This document shows positions 9,270 through 17,201 of a stretch of DNA of 32,000 nt, in pieces; the first letter of the stretch is position 1, and the number at the start of each line of letters is the position of its first letter. A program made the translations under genes and the position numbers. The stretch is from an uncultured archaeon (GTDB taxonomy: Archaea > Asgardarchaeota > Jordiarchaeia > Jordiarchaeales > Jordiarchaeaceae), in assembly GCA_964510585.1 (NCBI GenBank), contig CAZECW010000020.1, positions 30,001 to 62,000 of the forward strand, read 5' to 3'. The notes under the pieces are model-generated. The model ran no database searches, was not told the origin of the DNA, and saw only the letters and a program-made list of their open reading frames with translations.

Positions 9270-9594
9270 ACTCATTCTCCTCAAAAACCCTACATAAATA
9301 AGTTAATTTGATAACTAAATAACTTATCGGAAAAGTGAGTGTAAACAAATTTCCACTTGCTAAAATCAAAATTTTATAGGGCACATTTTTAATCAAAAAT
9401 TTCTGTAAATCTTAATTTTTGAGCAAAAAATATTTTTATTAGACCTTAGGCGTAATTGGTACTTCCGGATTTTTTTTCCGTTTTCAATCGTCTTTTATCA
9501 CGGTTTTTGCATTTTTCGGTAGGGTTTCTGAAGGATTTTAAACTTTTTCGCACCATTTCTGAATGAAAAATAATTACACCCAAGGTCTATTGTA

Positions 9595-10545
9595 TTAAAA
9601 GCGGAAACCTTCCAGTAGGGCCACAAAGATTGAAGAGGCTGTAAGGTCGGCGGTTGTACCGGGGTTGAGATTACCCTTAGACCTGTATAATTTTTCGTCA
9701 AGTTTCCAACACATAGTCCTCCCCTTTTCACTGGTTAAACCGCCCTGTTTAAGTACCTCAGCTGCCGCCTTGCTAACCTCTAACGCCTTCTCCATACTCG
9801 TCTTCCTTTGGATAAGAGAGTCGGGATTTTTTGACAAGATTTCTAAGAATGTGTGTACAGTGGCTGTGTTTACATCCCTAAACTCATTATAGACTCTTAA
9901 GAACGCCGGATAACCAACCTCAAAGGTAATTTCCATACCTGTTATCCACTCTTTGCTAATATTGTCCCAACCAGCGCTTATCCTAAAGACATCCTGCAGA
10001 GTCACATTCTCCTCCCTAATTAAAGATTTTGACACCTCCTTTGTAACATCATACTTTTCCACCTTCCCCAAACCCCCGGGATTAGCGATACTAATCGCTT
10101 CATAAACGGCTAATGTATCATTAGCTGTGGTGCTCTCCATAACCCTTCTAACATTTTTTCTGAGCTCGCCTGAAACAATTTTACCACAAGGATGTGCCAT
10201 TCCAGCAGCCACTGCCAGAGGAATAAAAAGAAGAATAGTCCCAAGATTGACGTTTCCCCCACGCTGCCAATTTGACGTATCAATAACCGCTCTTAGAATG
10301 TGTTGCCCCACGCCGGCTTCTTTGAGATTTATCTCCCCACAAGATACTCGGTATCCACTTAGAGCCGCATCCCTTATACTTGGACCAATGGCCACCGCGC
10401 CAGCTAGAAAGTGCTCATAGCGAGTTTTGGGCGTATCGCGAATGCGATGTACATTTCCTGGCTTAGGATAACCACTAACTTCTAATAGTACTGCTAGTGT
10501 GGCACACTGCTGAACCAAAGAAAAAAATTCACCGCTATTCTGCAA
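9595..10545 (-). CDS. citG: Triphosphoribosyl-dephospho-CoA synthase CitG-like protein (archaeal type)
   Basis: PKPGNVHR, YEHFL, NVNLGTILLFIPL, PDSLIQRK and LNPGTTADL motifs. Confidence 0.88.
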   Translation of the reverse strand: MQNSGEFFSLVQQCATLAVLLEVSGYPKPGNVHRIRDTPKTRYEHFLAGAVAIGPSIRDAALSGYRVSCGEINLKEAGVGQHILRAVIDTSNWQRGGNVNLGTILLFIPLAVAAGMAHPCGKIVSGELRKNVRRVMESTTANDTLAVYEAISIANPGGLGKVEKYDVTKEVSKSLIREENVTLQDVFRISAGWDNISKEWITGMEITFEVGYPAFLRVYNEFRDVNTATVHTFLEILSKNPDSLIQRKTSMEKALEVSKAAAEVLKQGGLTSEKGRTMCWKLDEKLYRSKGNLNPGTTADLTASSIFVALLEGFRF

Positions 10546-10554
10546 ATGGTTTCT

Positions 10555-10571
10555 ACTCCCTTAAAGGGAGT
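10555..10571. promoter_or_regulatory. 17-bp palindrome overlapping the citG Shine-Dalgarno (operator or SD-sequestering hairpin)
   Basis: ACTCCCTT-A-AAGGGAGT has perfect 8-bp arms. The minus-strand GGGAG lies about 10 nt before the citG TTG. Confidence 0.45.
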
Positions 10572-10651
10572 GATAATGTGGAAAAATTTTAAACTTTTGG
10601 TTCACTCATTTTTCCCCTCTAAAACCTCTATTCTTGTATTGTTTGTGGCCT

Positions 10652-10665
10652 CGAAAGTTTTTTAA
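10652..10665 (+). promoter_or_regulatory. Putative BRE-TATA promoter of tRNA-Gln
   Basis: CGAAAG followed by TTTTTTAA, about 40 nt upstream of the mature tRNA 5' end. Confidence 0.45.
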
Positions 10666-10704
10666 CCTTGTAAGGATAATTAGCAAAATGCTGAAATGTA
10701 CCGT

Positions 10705-10800
10705 AGCAAGGTGGTGTAGTGGTCAAGCATCGGGGCCTCTGGAGCTCTGATGAGCAGGAGATAGTCCTGGACAGCGGTTCGAATCCGCTCCTTGCTACCA
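10705..10800 (+). tRNA. tRNA-Gln(CTG) with 20-nt intron at 37/38 and encoded CCA
   Basis: Acceptor AGCAAGG/CCTTGCT (A1-U72, typical of archaeal tRNA-Gln); D arm GTGT-AGTGGTCAA-GCAT; anticodon stem GGGGC/GTCCT with CT-CTG-G|A; T arm AGCGG-TTCGAAT-CCGCT; ACCA end. Confidence 0.95.
10743..10762 (+). other. tRNA intron (relaxed BHB motif)
   Basis: Intron AGCTCTGATGAGCAGGAGAT. Central helix CTCT(10737-40)/GGAG(10757-60); bulges GG|A and AT|A; inner helix GCTC/GAGC with one extra unpaired A at 10756. Confidence 0.85.
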
Positions 10801-11090
10801 ATTAACAACTTTTTAATAAAGATTCCATCGTACTTTAAAGAGGACATAAAAAGGAAATTTATCCTTTCCCTAATTTTTCAAAAAGTTTAGAAATATCCTC
10901 CGTTTAACTGTTTACGATCTGTCTGCGAGAAGGCTCCCCGGTTTACTCGCAAGGCATTAAAATGAGTAGTTTAGCTATTACAATAGGAAAAGTTATTAGC
11001 ACTGAAGAAATAGAATAGAAAAACAAATATCTAACATGGGAGAGTAATTAAGATTTGTCTAATAAATAATTGAGGAGAGAGGCTTCCTTA

Positions 11091-11591
11091 ATGATTCATA
11101 ACGTGTATATTTTGCGCCGGGACGGTCTTTGTGTTCTTCATAGGAAGTATGGGAGTTTGGAAGTGGATGAGAATTTGGTTTCCGGATTTTTAAGTGCATT
11201 TAGTGACTTTGGTAAAAATATTAGTGGGAAGGATTTGGAAAGTATTGTTTTTGGGGATAAAAAATTTGTTTCCCTCCCTTCTGAGAACTTAATCATCGTA
11301 TCGTACTGCGACACTGAAGACAATGTGGTAAATGTTCTCAAAGATATTCGAGATGCTTTTACCCAGTCTTATGGTTCCCTGCAATGGTGGAATGGAGAGC
11401 AGGGTGCCTTTCAAGAGTTTTTGCCTAAACTTGACGAAATAGTCGGCAGAAAGGGAGAAGAAGAAATCGGCCACCGAAATGAAACAGAGCAGATTTTTAA
11501 CGAATTAAAGAAGGGCAAAATATCGGCTAAAGAGGCCGTAGAGAGAACACTAGAATATTACTTTAAAAAAGCATACAAGAACGAGAAGTAG
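11091..11591 (+). CDS. Longin-domain protein with short C-terminal SHOCT-like helical pair
   Basis: MIHNVYILRRDGLCVLHRKYG...DENLVSGFLSAFSDF...LESIVFGDKKF...LIIVSYCD fits the Asgard/eukaryotic longin pattern. Tail IFNELKKGKISAKEAVE. Start set to ATG 11091. Confidence 0.8.
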   Translation: MIHNVYILRRDGLCVLHRKYGSLEVDENLVSGFLSAFSDFGKNISGKDLESIVFGDKKFVSLPSENLIIVSYCDTEDNVVNVLKDIRDAFTQSYGSLQWWNGEQGAFQEFLPKLDEIVGRKGEEEIGHRNETEQIFNELKKGKISAKEAVERTLEYYFKKAYKNEK

Positions 11592-11662
11592 TAATGAGTC
11601 TCAGAAAAATGGGGAATGCTGTAATACCTATTTAAACTAAAATAAAAATATTTAGTGGGCAG

Positions 11663-11801
11663 TGCTGTGTTGCATAATTCTTATTTTTTTAATTTATTTA
11701 TATATTATTTTGAATTTTTTGCAATTTCACATTGTTAATTTGAAAAAATTTAAGAAAATTAAATAAATTTATTAGAAAAAGTAAAATTATACAACACAGC
11801 A
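11663..11801. mobile_element. MITE-like non-autonomous element (139 bp) with 17-bp TIRs and 8-bp target site duplication
   Basis: Left TIR TGCTGTGTTGCATAATT (11663-11679) matches the reverse complement of right TIR 11785-11801 at 16/17 positions. Flanked by exact GTGGGCAG at 11655-11662 and 11802-11809. AT-rich, non-coding, imperfectly palindromic interior. Confidence 0.72.
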
Positions 11802-11882
11802 GTGGGCAGCGCTTTTATTCGAATAATTTCCATCTATTTTTGATTCCAAGATTTGTTTTTCTCCTATATGTACAGTCCAAAA

Positions 11883-12194
11883 TTATAGATACTTTTCAGC
11901 TTTGTCTGTGGTGCTCCATACCTCTGTGAGGTTTACAAGTTCCTTGTTTTTTAATTCTTCTAAAATTTTGTGCAGTTCCTCTTTCGATAATGGTGGTTTT
12001 CCAACCGCTTTTCGGGGGGCGTTGAACTCCATATATAGGTTTTCAAATATTTTTCTTCCCTTTCCAATTATGCTTAATAAGGTTAATTCTTCTTCTGTGA
12101 GTTCTAGGGGTTCTTTAGGTGTGGGAGCTAAACTCTTTTTTACTTCTAAATACTCTTCTTTGCTATGTTCTCGAGCTTTCTCCTCTTTATGCAA
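11883..12194 (-). CDS. Small winged-helix protein (Cdc6-C-like pattern), function unknown
   Basis: LTEEELTLLSII...FENLYMEF...GKPPLSKEELHKILEELKNKELV. GGGAGG SD suggests TTG 12194 as start; the ORF is open to 12308. Confidence 0.55.
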   Translation of the reverse strand: MHKEEKAREHSKEEYLEVKKSLAPTPKEPLELTEEELTLLSIIGKGRKIFENLYMEFNAPRKAVGKPPLSKEELHKILEELKNKELVNLTEVWSTTDKAEKYL

Positions 12195-12518
12195 ATTTAT
12201 TATACCTCCCTTCTTTGAAGCATCCTTTATGATGATTGCTACTCCTATATGGTTTTTAAAAGTTATATTTTTAATGTTCTTTTTCTCTCTTGGTGCTGTT
12301 GATACCAAATAAATACCTATAAAATATTTAATAAACTAGTATAATAATTATTTTTATAATTATTAGAATTAACTTTTAGTAATAAATGAAAATAATTGTC
12401 GTTAAACAACGAATTTATTTTGGGCTTTAAACATATTGTCGAGAAGATTCTACAGTTAACTCGATAGGCATAAATAGCCTCAAATGCGAAAAGCCCCTAG
12501 AGACGTGGGGCATTAAAG

Positions 12519-13115
12519 GTGAACATTAGAAACTTAAGCAGAAAAATCTTTCACATGTTAGCCCTCATTTTTGCTGTCATATATTTGGGGGCTGGTTGGC
12601 TGCCGGCGGCTATACTCTCCATCTCAACTCTCGTGTTATTCGCGATTGTTGAGGTTTGGAGGCTGAGAGACCCAAATTTCCCCCTAAATATTATGGTTTC
12701 TAGAATAATTAAGCCAGACGAAAAAAATAGAGTTGCGGCATACTTCTACTTTGTTCTGGCTTCAACTATCCTCATATTCCTGTTTCCAGCATACATAATG
12801 ATAATTTCAGTTTTGGTGGCAGCAATTGCTGATGCTGCGGCTGCAACTGTAGGTTATGAGTGGGGGAGGCATCACTATGAAGCTAGAGGAAACTTGAAAT
12901 CTTTTGAGGGTCTCATAGCCGGGGGTGTTGCTGCTTTCCTGATTACTTTGGGGGCAATGTTTTATTTCAAAGGATTTTTCCCACTGACTTCCCTAATTGT
13001 TGCATTGGTCTTTGTAGCTCTAGACTACTTCACGCCGCCAATAAATGATAATTTACTTAATCCCATAAGTGTGGCAATAACACTAACCCTCTGCAGTCTG
13101 GTTTTCACAATTTAG
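12519..13115 (+). CDS. Dolichol/phytol kinase-like CTP-dependent membrane kinase (SEC59/DGK1/VTE5 family)
   Basis: RKIFHM, ADAAAATVG, KSFEGLIAG and DNLLNP motifs; multiple TM helices. Confidence 0.85.
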   Translation: MNIRNLSRKIFHMLALIFAVIYLGAGWLPAAILSISTLVLFAIVEVWRLRDPNFPLNIMVSRIIKPDEKNRVAAYFYFVLASTILIFLFPAYIMIISVLVAAIADAAAATVGYEWGRHHYEARGNLKSFEGLIAGGVAAFLITLGAMFYFKGFFPLTSLIVALVFVALDYFTPPINDNLLNPISVAITLTLCSLVFTI

Positions 13116-13176
13116 TTTTCCGAAAATTTTTTTATGTTATTAATCCCTTTTTTGTGCAATTTTGAATATGTTAGGA

Positions 13177-13902
13177 TTAAAAGGTTATCTCACCGCTGAT
13201 AGCATCAATTCTTGCGGCTTTGCTTTCTGTTTCCCTTTTATATGTAATGTAGTAGGCGGGCATAAAGTAAGTGGTGAGATCTATTTTGAGACTAGTACTC
13301 AATATTCTGTTGGAATCAGTGGGTTTTGCTGCTAGTGAATCCTTCAACATCTTAACTATTTTTTCTGGGGTTATTGAAGGGTCAACTATTTCTTTTTTGT
13401 GCTGATTTAGCCAGCTTGCGGTGACAGCCTGTTTTCCAGTGCTTGGAATGGACTCTAAAGGTTGGGCTCCCCCCATGGGGTTAAATAACCACTTGGCGGC
13501 TCTTGTGAGATTAACTCTCTCCACACCTGGCATCTTGATTTTTTTGCCCACATCTGCCTTTACTGGTTTAACGATTGCATCGCCTACTCGGGCGCTGTGT
13601 ACTGTTTCATCACAGTAGAACTCGAAATCCCTCCTTCTGAGGTAGTCTAGGTCGGCTTTTCCTTCTGCTAAAATGAATGGTTCGTAAAAAAGGCTCACCG
13701 CAGCCACATTTACGGAGCCTTTTCCTTTATCGAAAATTTTTGTTTTTTTAGATTCAGCTAGTCTCTCTGCATCCTTTTTACTGATTTTTGCTGGAAAATA
13801 GTATTTGTTTTTAGTACTAATTTTCTCTTTCACCTGGGGCTTAGTTTTTGCATTTAAATCATATTCACTCAATTTATATGACATTTTGGAGCTCTCCTCC
13901 AT
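13177..13902 (-). CDS. Conserved hypothetical archaeal protein
   Basis: 241-aa ORF with plausible composition. Internal motifs LFYEPF and TYFMPAYYITY...RIDAISGE. No function recognised. Confidence 0.7.
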   Translation of the reverse strand: MEESSKMSYKLSEYDLNAKTKPQVKEKISTKNKYYFPAKISKKDAERLAESKKTKIFDKGKGSVNVAAVSLFYEPFILAEGKADLDYLRRRDFEFYCDETVHSARVGDAIVKPVKADVGKKIKMPGVERVNLTRAAKWLFNPMGGAQPLESIPSTGKQAVTASWLNQHKKEIVDPSITPEKIVKMLKDSLAAKPTDSNRILSTSLKIDLTTYFMPAYYITYKRETESKAARIDAISGEITF

Positions 13903-13972
13903 ATTCCATAAATTAATTATTGTATTAAGCTTATATGCAGAATTTGATAAATGAACTTTGGGGTGTTTTTGT

Positions 13973-14548
13973 TTGAGGCTAATAGTGGCAGTTACAGGTG
14001 CAAGCGGTGTTTACTATGCCTATAATTTCCTAAAAGAGTTAAGAAAGCGAAATGTGGAAGTTTTTCTTGTTATTTCCGAAGCGGGAAAACGTATTATCGA
14101 ATTGGAGCTGGGGATACCCTCTGAAGATTTTTCTAAACTTGCGACCAGAACCTTCGACAACTCAGATTTAACAGCAAGTATAGCGAGTGGCTCTTTTCCT
14201 GCAGATGGTATGGTTATAGTGCCTTGCTCAATGACAACCTTGGCAGCAATCGCACATGGGTACTCTGATAATCTGATTCGAAGGGCTGCAAATTGCACAT
14301 TAAAAGAAAATAGGCTCCTCATACTGGTGCCTAGAGAAACACCACTAAGCCTAGCTAACCTAGAGAATCTCCTGAGGGCTAAATTGTCGGGAGCAGTAAT
14401 TCTCCCAGCTATGCCCGGCTTTTATCATAAACCTAAAAGTTTAGAAGATATGGTGAACTTTATAGTTGGAAAAATTTTAGACTTACTAAAACTGGAACAT
14501 GACCTGTATCAGAGATGGGGAACCAACGAGATTGACAACCGAGACTAA
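13973..14548 (+). CDS. ubiX: UbiX flavin prenyltransferase
   Basis: IVAVTGASG, IVPCSMTTLAAIAHG, NLIRRAA, LVPRETP and PAMPGFYHKP. TTG 13973 follows a GGGGTG SD; the ORF is open from 13958. Confidence 0.93.
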   Translation: MRLIVAVTGASGVYYAYNFLKELRKRNVEVFLVISEAGKRIIELELGIPSEDFSKLATRTFDNSDLTASIASGSFPADGMVIVPCSMTTLAAIAHGYSDNLIRRAANCTLKENRLLILVPRETPLSLANLENLLRAKLSGAVILPAMPGFYHKPKSLEDMVNFIVGKILDLLKLEHDLYQRWGTNEIDNRD

Positions 14549-14637
14549 AGTTGGGATCCTCCTCGCCAACAGTCCATAGTTTATATTAGGGAACCGCTTT
14601 TCAGCTTCGAGCCAGCCCCACGCTTTGGACAATCTTT

Positions 14638-14910
14638 TTAGAAGGCATAGAGACGTAGCACTTCTATATTTAACTCTGACAAACATCTATATAGCTCAAC
14701 TAGATTATCCGTTTTTAATGTATAATACGTGTATTTATTTTCTGAACCTTCGGGATTTTCCACCTCAATATAGAGGGTGTTTAGAGCTATAAATCCACAA
14801 TTAATTTTGGATAGAGGAATTTCAAGGAGCTCATTCTCTTTTATAATAATTATCTTATCCTTGTGAACCTCATAATTTATTCCACAGTTGAGAGCTGGCA
14901 AAGCATACAC
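14638..14910 (-). CDS. Small hypothetical protein (beta-rich with C-terminal helix, PH-like pattern)
   Basis: 90-aa ORF filling the gap between ubiX and the next gene. Strand-strand-helix pattern (KIIIIK, LEIPLSKI, YYTLKTDNLVELYRCL). Confidence 0.55.
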   Translation of the reverse strand: MYALPALNCGINYEVHKDKIIIIKENELLEIPLSKINCGFIALNTLYIEVENPEGSENKYTYYTLKTDNLVELYRCLSELNIEVLRLYAF

Positions 14911-15089
14911 CTCAAACCTAACATTACGTTTAATTTATAAATTTCAGCATCAGAGATTTAAAAATAGCCCCCCTTTAAATTTTAGTTAGAGATGATTAAA
15001 GAATAAAGTTTTATTGGAACTTTTAAGTAGTTGGATGTCCATATTTTCAGTAGTGTTTCTGTAATTTACTCATCGATTGGGGTATCCAA

Positions 15090-15830
15090 ATGTCTTCAGA
15101 AGAGGACCTGAAAAATGTAAAAAACAAATTGAAGAATGTTGCGGATACACTTCGAGATTTTATTCTTCAATTGGGCAAGCTTAGGCAAGACTTGCTTAAC
15201 TTATCCTCAAGTCTGGAAAAAATAACAGTTACCTCTTATTCAGAAAGAGAAAAAATGATGGTAAGCAAATTACCGCCTACCCCGATTCCTAAGCCACCCC
15301 TAATTTCAGAACCGGAACCAGAATTGAAAACACCCTCCTCTCAAGGAACAATTGAGACTGTAGAAACAGAAGCTCAAGTATCAGATCAGGAAGTTTCCGA
15401 AGAAATGATTACTGAATCTTTCTTATCGGAAGCAAAGGCTACTCCTACCATCGTTGAAGAAAAGGTAGAGACTCCTAAAACGGAAACCACTGAACCAGAA
15501 GTTACATTAGATCAGTTGGATTTAAAGACTGAAGCGTTAAAGCCAGTTTCCGAAATAACCACTTCGGCTCTGCCGCTCGACAAGGTAGTTAGCTTGTTAA
15601 ATGAATTAGAGCAATTCTGTGAGGGGAGTCTGCCCGCGGAGGAAGTTGCGGCAAAGATTGAGTCTACAAGAAAATCTTTGCAGTCCCTAGTTTTGTATCA
15701 CCCAATTTATTACGAAATGAATCAGATTGCCGCGAAACTTAGAGCCGATTTCCCTAAGCAGCCACTAGATCCCACCGATAAGGAGATGCTTTTATCAAAG
15801 ATTCCCCAGTGGAAGCGAAGAATGATGTAA
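15090..15830 (+). CDS. Coiled-coil / P-E-T-rich linker / C-terminal four-helix-bundle protein (possibly Vps28-CTD-like)
   Basis: N-terminal heptads LKNVKNKLKNVADTLRDFILQLGKLRQDL; PPTPIPKPP linker; about 85-aa helical C-domain ending in QWKRRMM. Confidence 0.65.
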   Translation: MSSEEDLKNVKNKLKNVADTLRDFILQLGKLRQDLLNLSSSLEKITVTSYSEREKMMVSKLPPTPIPKPPLISEPEPELKTPSSQGTIETVETEAQVSDQEVSEEMITESFLSEAKATPTIVEEKVETPKTETTEPEVTLDQLDLKTEALKPVSEITTSALPLDKVVSLLNELEQFCEGSLPAEEVAAKIESTRKSLQSLVLYHPIYYEMNQIAAKLRADFPKQPLDPTDKEMLLSKIPQWKRRMM

Positions 15831-15845
15831 ACTTTCTAATACTTG

Positions 15846-17201
15846 TTAGAGTTTAGCTTCTCCAACTATTCTCACGTTTTCGAAACTAATCCAGGGTGCT
15901 TCCAAATAAGCTAGTTGCCTGAGGTTGTTTCCGATACTTCCTATTCTTTTGAGCATTTCATAGATATTTCCAGCCAACATTGCTCCTTTGACTGGATATT
16001 TTATTTCGCCCTTTTCGATTTTCCAGCAGGGTGTTGCGACTACACTTACTTCTCCGGATTCTGGATTACTGGAGTGAGCTCCCTGTACGTCGCGGATAAA
16101 TAGTCCATTCTCTATTTCTGACACCATTTCTTCTGGATTTTTATCTCCTTTTTTTATGCATAGGTTTGTGGGCCCTATGTTTGGTGTCGCTGAATATCCC
16201 CTTCGTTTAGCGTTTCCTGTTGATTTGGCTCCCGCCCTTCTTCCAAAGTAATTGTCGAAAATAAAGTTTTTTAGGACGCCGTTTTCGATAATTGTTGTTT
16301 TTTGCCTCGGTGTACCTTCTCCATCAAAGGAGGCCGTGTTAAGGCCTCTCTCCATGATTCCGTCATCCTCTACGGTTAACATTTCGGAGGCGACCCGAGT
16401 GTTCAGTTTGTCCTTGTAAGCTGATTTGTCTCTGATGACATTGTCACCGCTTATGGTGGGGACGAGGGTGTAGCCTAGTAGGCTGGTTAGAGCGTCCTGA
16501 GCTAATATAACGGGGTAATCTCCGGTTTCTATTTTTTTGGGTTTGAGGGAGTCAATTGCTAGGCGTGCTGCCTCTCGTCCAACATTTTCAGGGTTAATGT
16601 TTAAAGAACGCTTATAGTCAGTTTCGCTGCACTCTGGTGAAACTTGGTTTCCCTCTTGAGCCACGGTTCCCATCATGCAGCCTATTACTGTGCTCTTCTC
16701 TGAACCTTCTACTCCATGACTGTTCAGGATGGCGTATATTCCGTGTGCTGAAACCGCGCCTCCCCAGTAGGGCGTTACTCTCTTATCATAATCAGCTGTT
16801 GCTTGAAGCATTCTATCTGCAATTTCAACTATATCCTCTACAGAAAGTTCGGTAATCCTTTTGTCATATATTCCTCTAACTACTGGAAAAGAACTTGGGT
16901 AGGGTAGCTCGCACCAATTTTTGTCCGGCTTACTACTTTTGGCAAGTTGCACTGCCTTTTCGGCGGTTTTTTCCAGTTTCTTTTTATCTAGGGTATTGCA
17001 ATAGCCGAACCCAACAGCTTTTTTGAGCACAACTCGAATTCCAACTCCGCTGTCTATGCTGCTGCTACTGCTAATTATTTGTCCTTGTCTAATCTCTATT
17101 TCAAATGATTTACCGTGAGTTATGAATAATTCTACTTCGTCTGCTCCCATACTTTCTGCGAGGGTAATTATGTTTTCTACCTTGCCTAAAATTTCACTCA
17201 T
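15846..17201 (-). CDS. pmbA: TldD/PmbA family protein, PmbA (TldE) subunit
   Basis: GVGIRVV, FDGEGTP, IIENGVLKNF, STGNAKR and AMLAGNIYEML; lacks the HExxH motif; directly downstream of tldD. Confidence 0.9.
   Translation of the reverse strand: MSEILGKVENIITLAESMGADEVELFITHGKSFEIEIRQGQIISSSSSIDSGVGIRVVLKKAVGFGYCNTLDKKKLEKTAEKAVQLAKSSKPDKNWCELPYPSSFPVVRGIYDKRITELSVEDIVEIADRMLQATADYDKRVTPYWGGAVSAHGIYAILNSHGVEGSEKSTVIGCMMGTVAQEGNQVSPECSETDYKRSLNINPENVGREAARLAIDSLKPKKIETGDYPVILAQDALTSLLGYTLVPTISGDNVIRDKSAYKDKLNTRVASEMLTVEDDGIMERGLNTASFDGEGTPRQKTTIIENGVLKNFIFDNYFGRRAGAKSTGNAKRRGYSATPNIGPTNLCIKKGDKNPEEMVSEIENGLFIRDVQGAHSSNPESGEVSVVATPCWKIEKGEIKYPVKGAMLAGNIYEMLKRIGSIGNNLRQLAYLEAPWISFENVRIVGEAKL

Noticed and set aside
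9478-9496. CCGTTTTCAATCGTCTTTT resembles CCGTTTTATTCGTCTTTT at 26496-26513
   Set aside because: T-rich, needs an indel, and has only two copies; compatible with chance in AT-rich intergenic DNA.
10747-10754. CTGATGAG inside the tRNA intron resembles a hammerhead core or a C/D-box C motif
   Set aside because: The intron is only 20 nt, has no GAAA partner or separate D box, and these bases form the intron's own GCTC/GAGC stem-loop.
11902-12312. 136-aa plus-strand ORF
   Set aside because: Antisense shadow (F/S-rich) of the minus-strand winged-helix gene.
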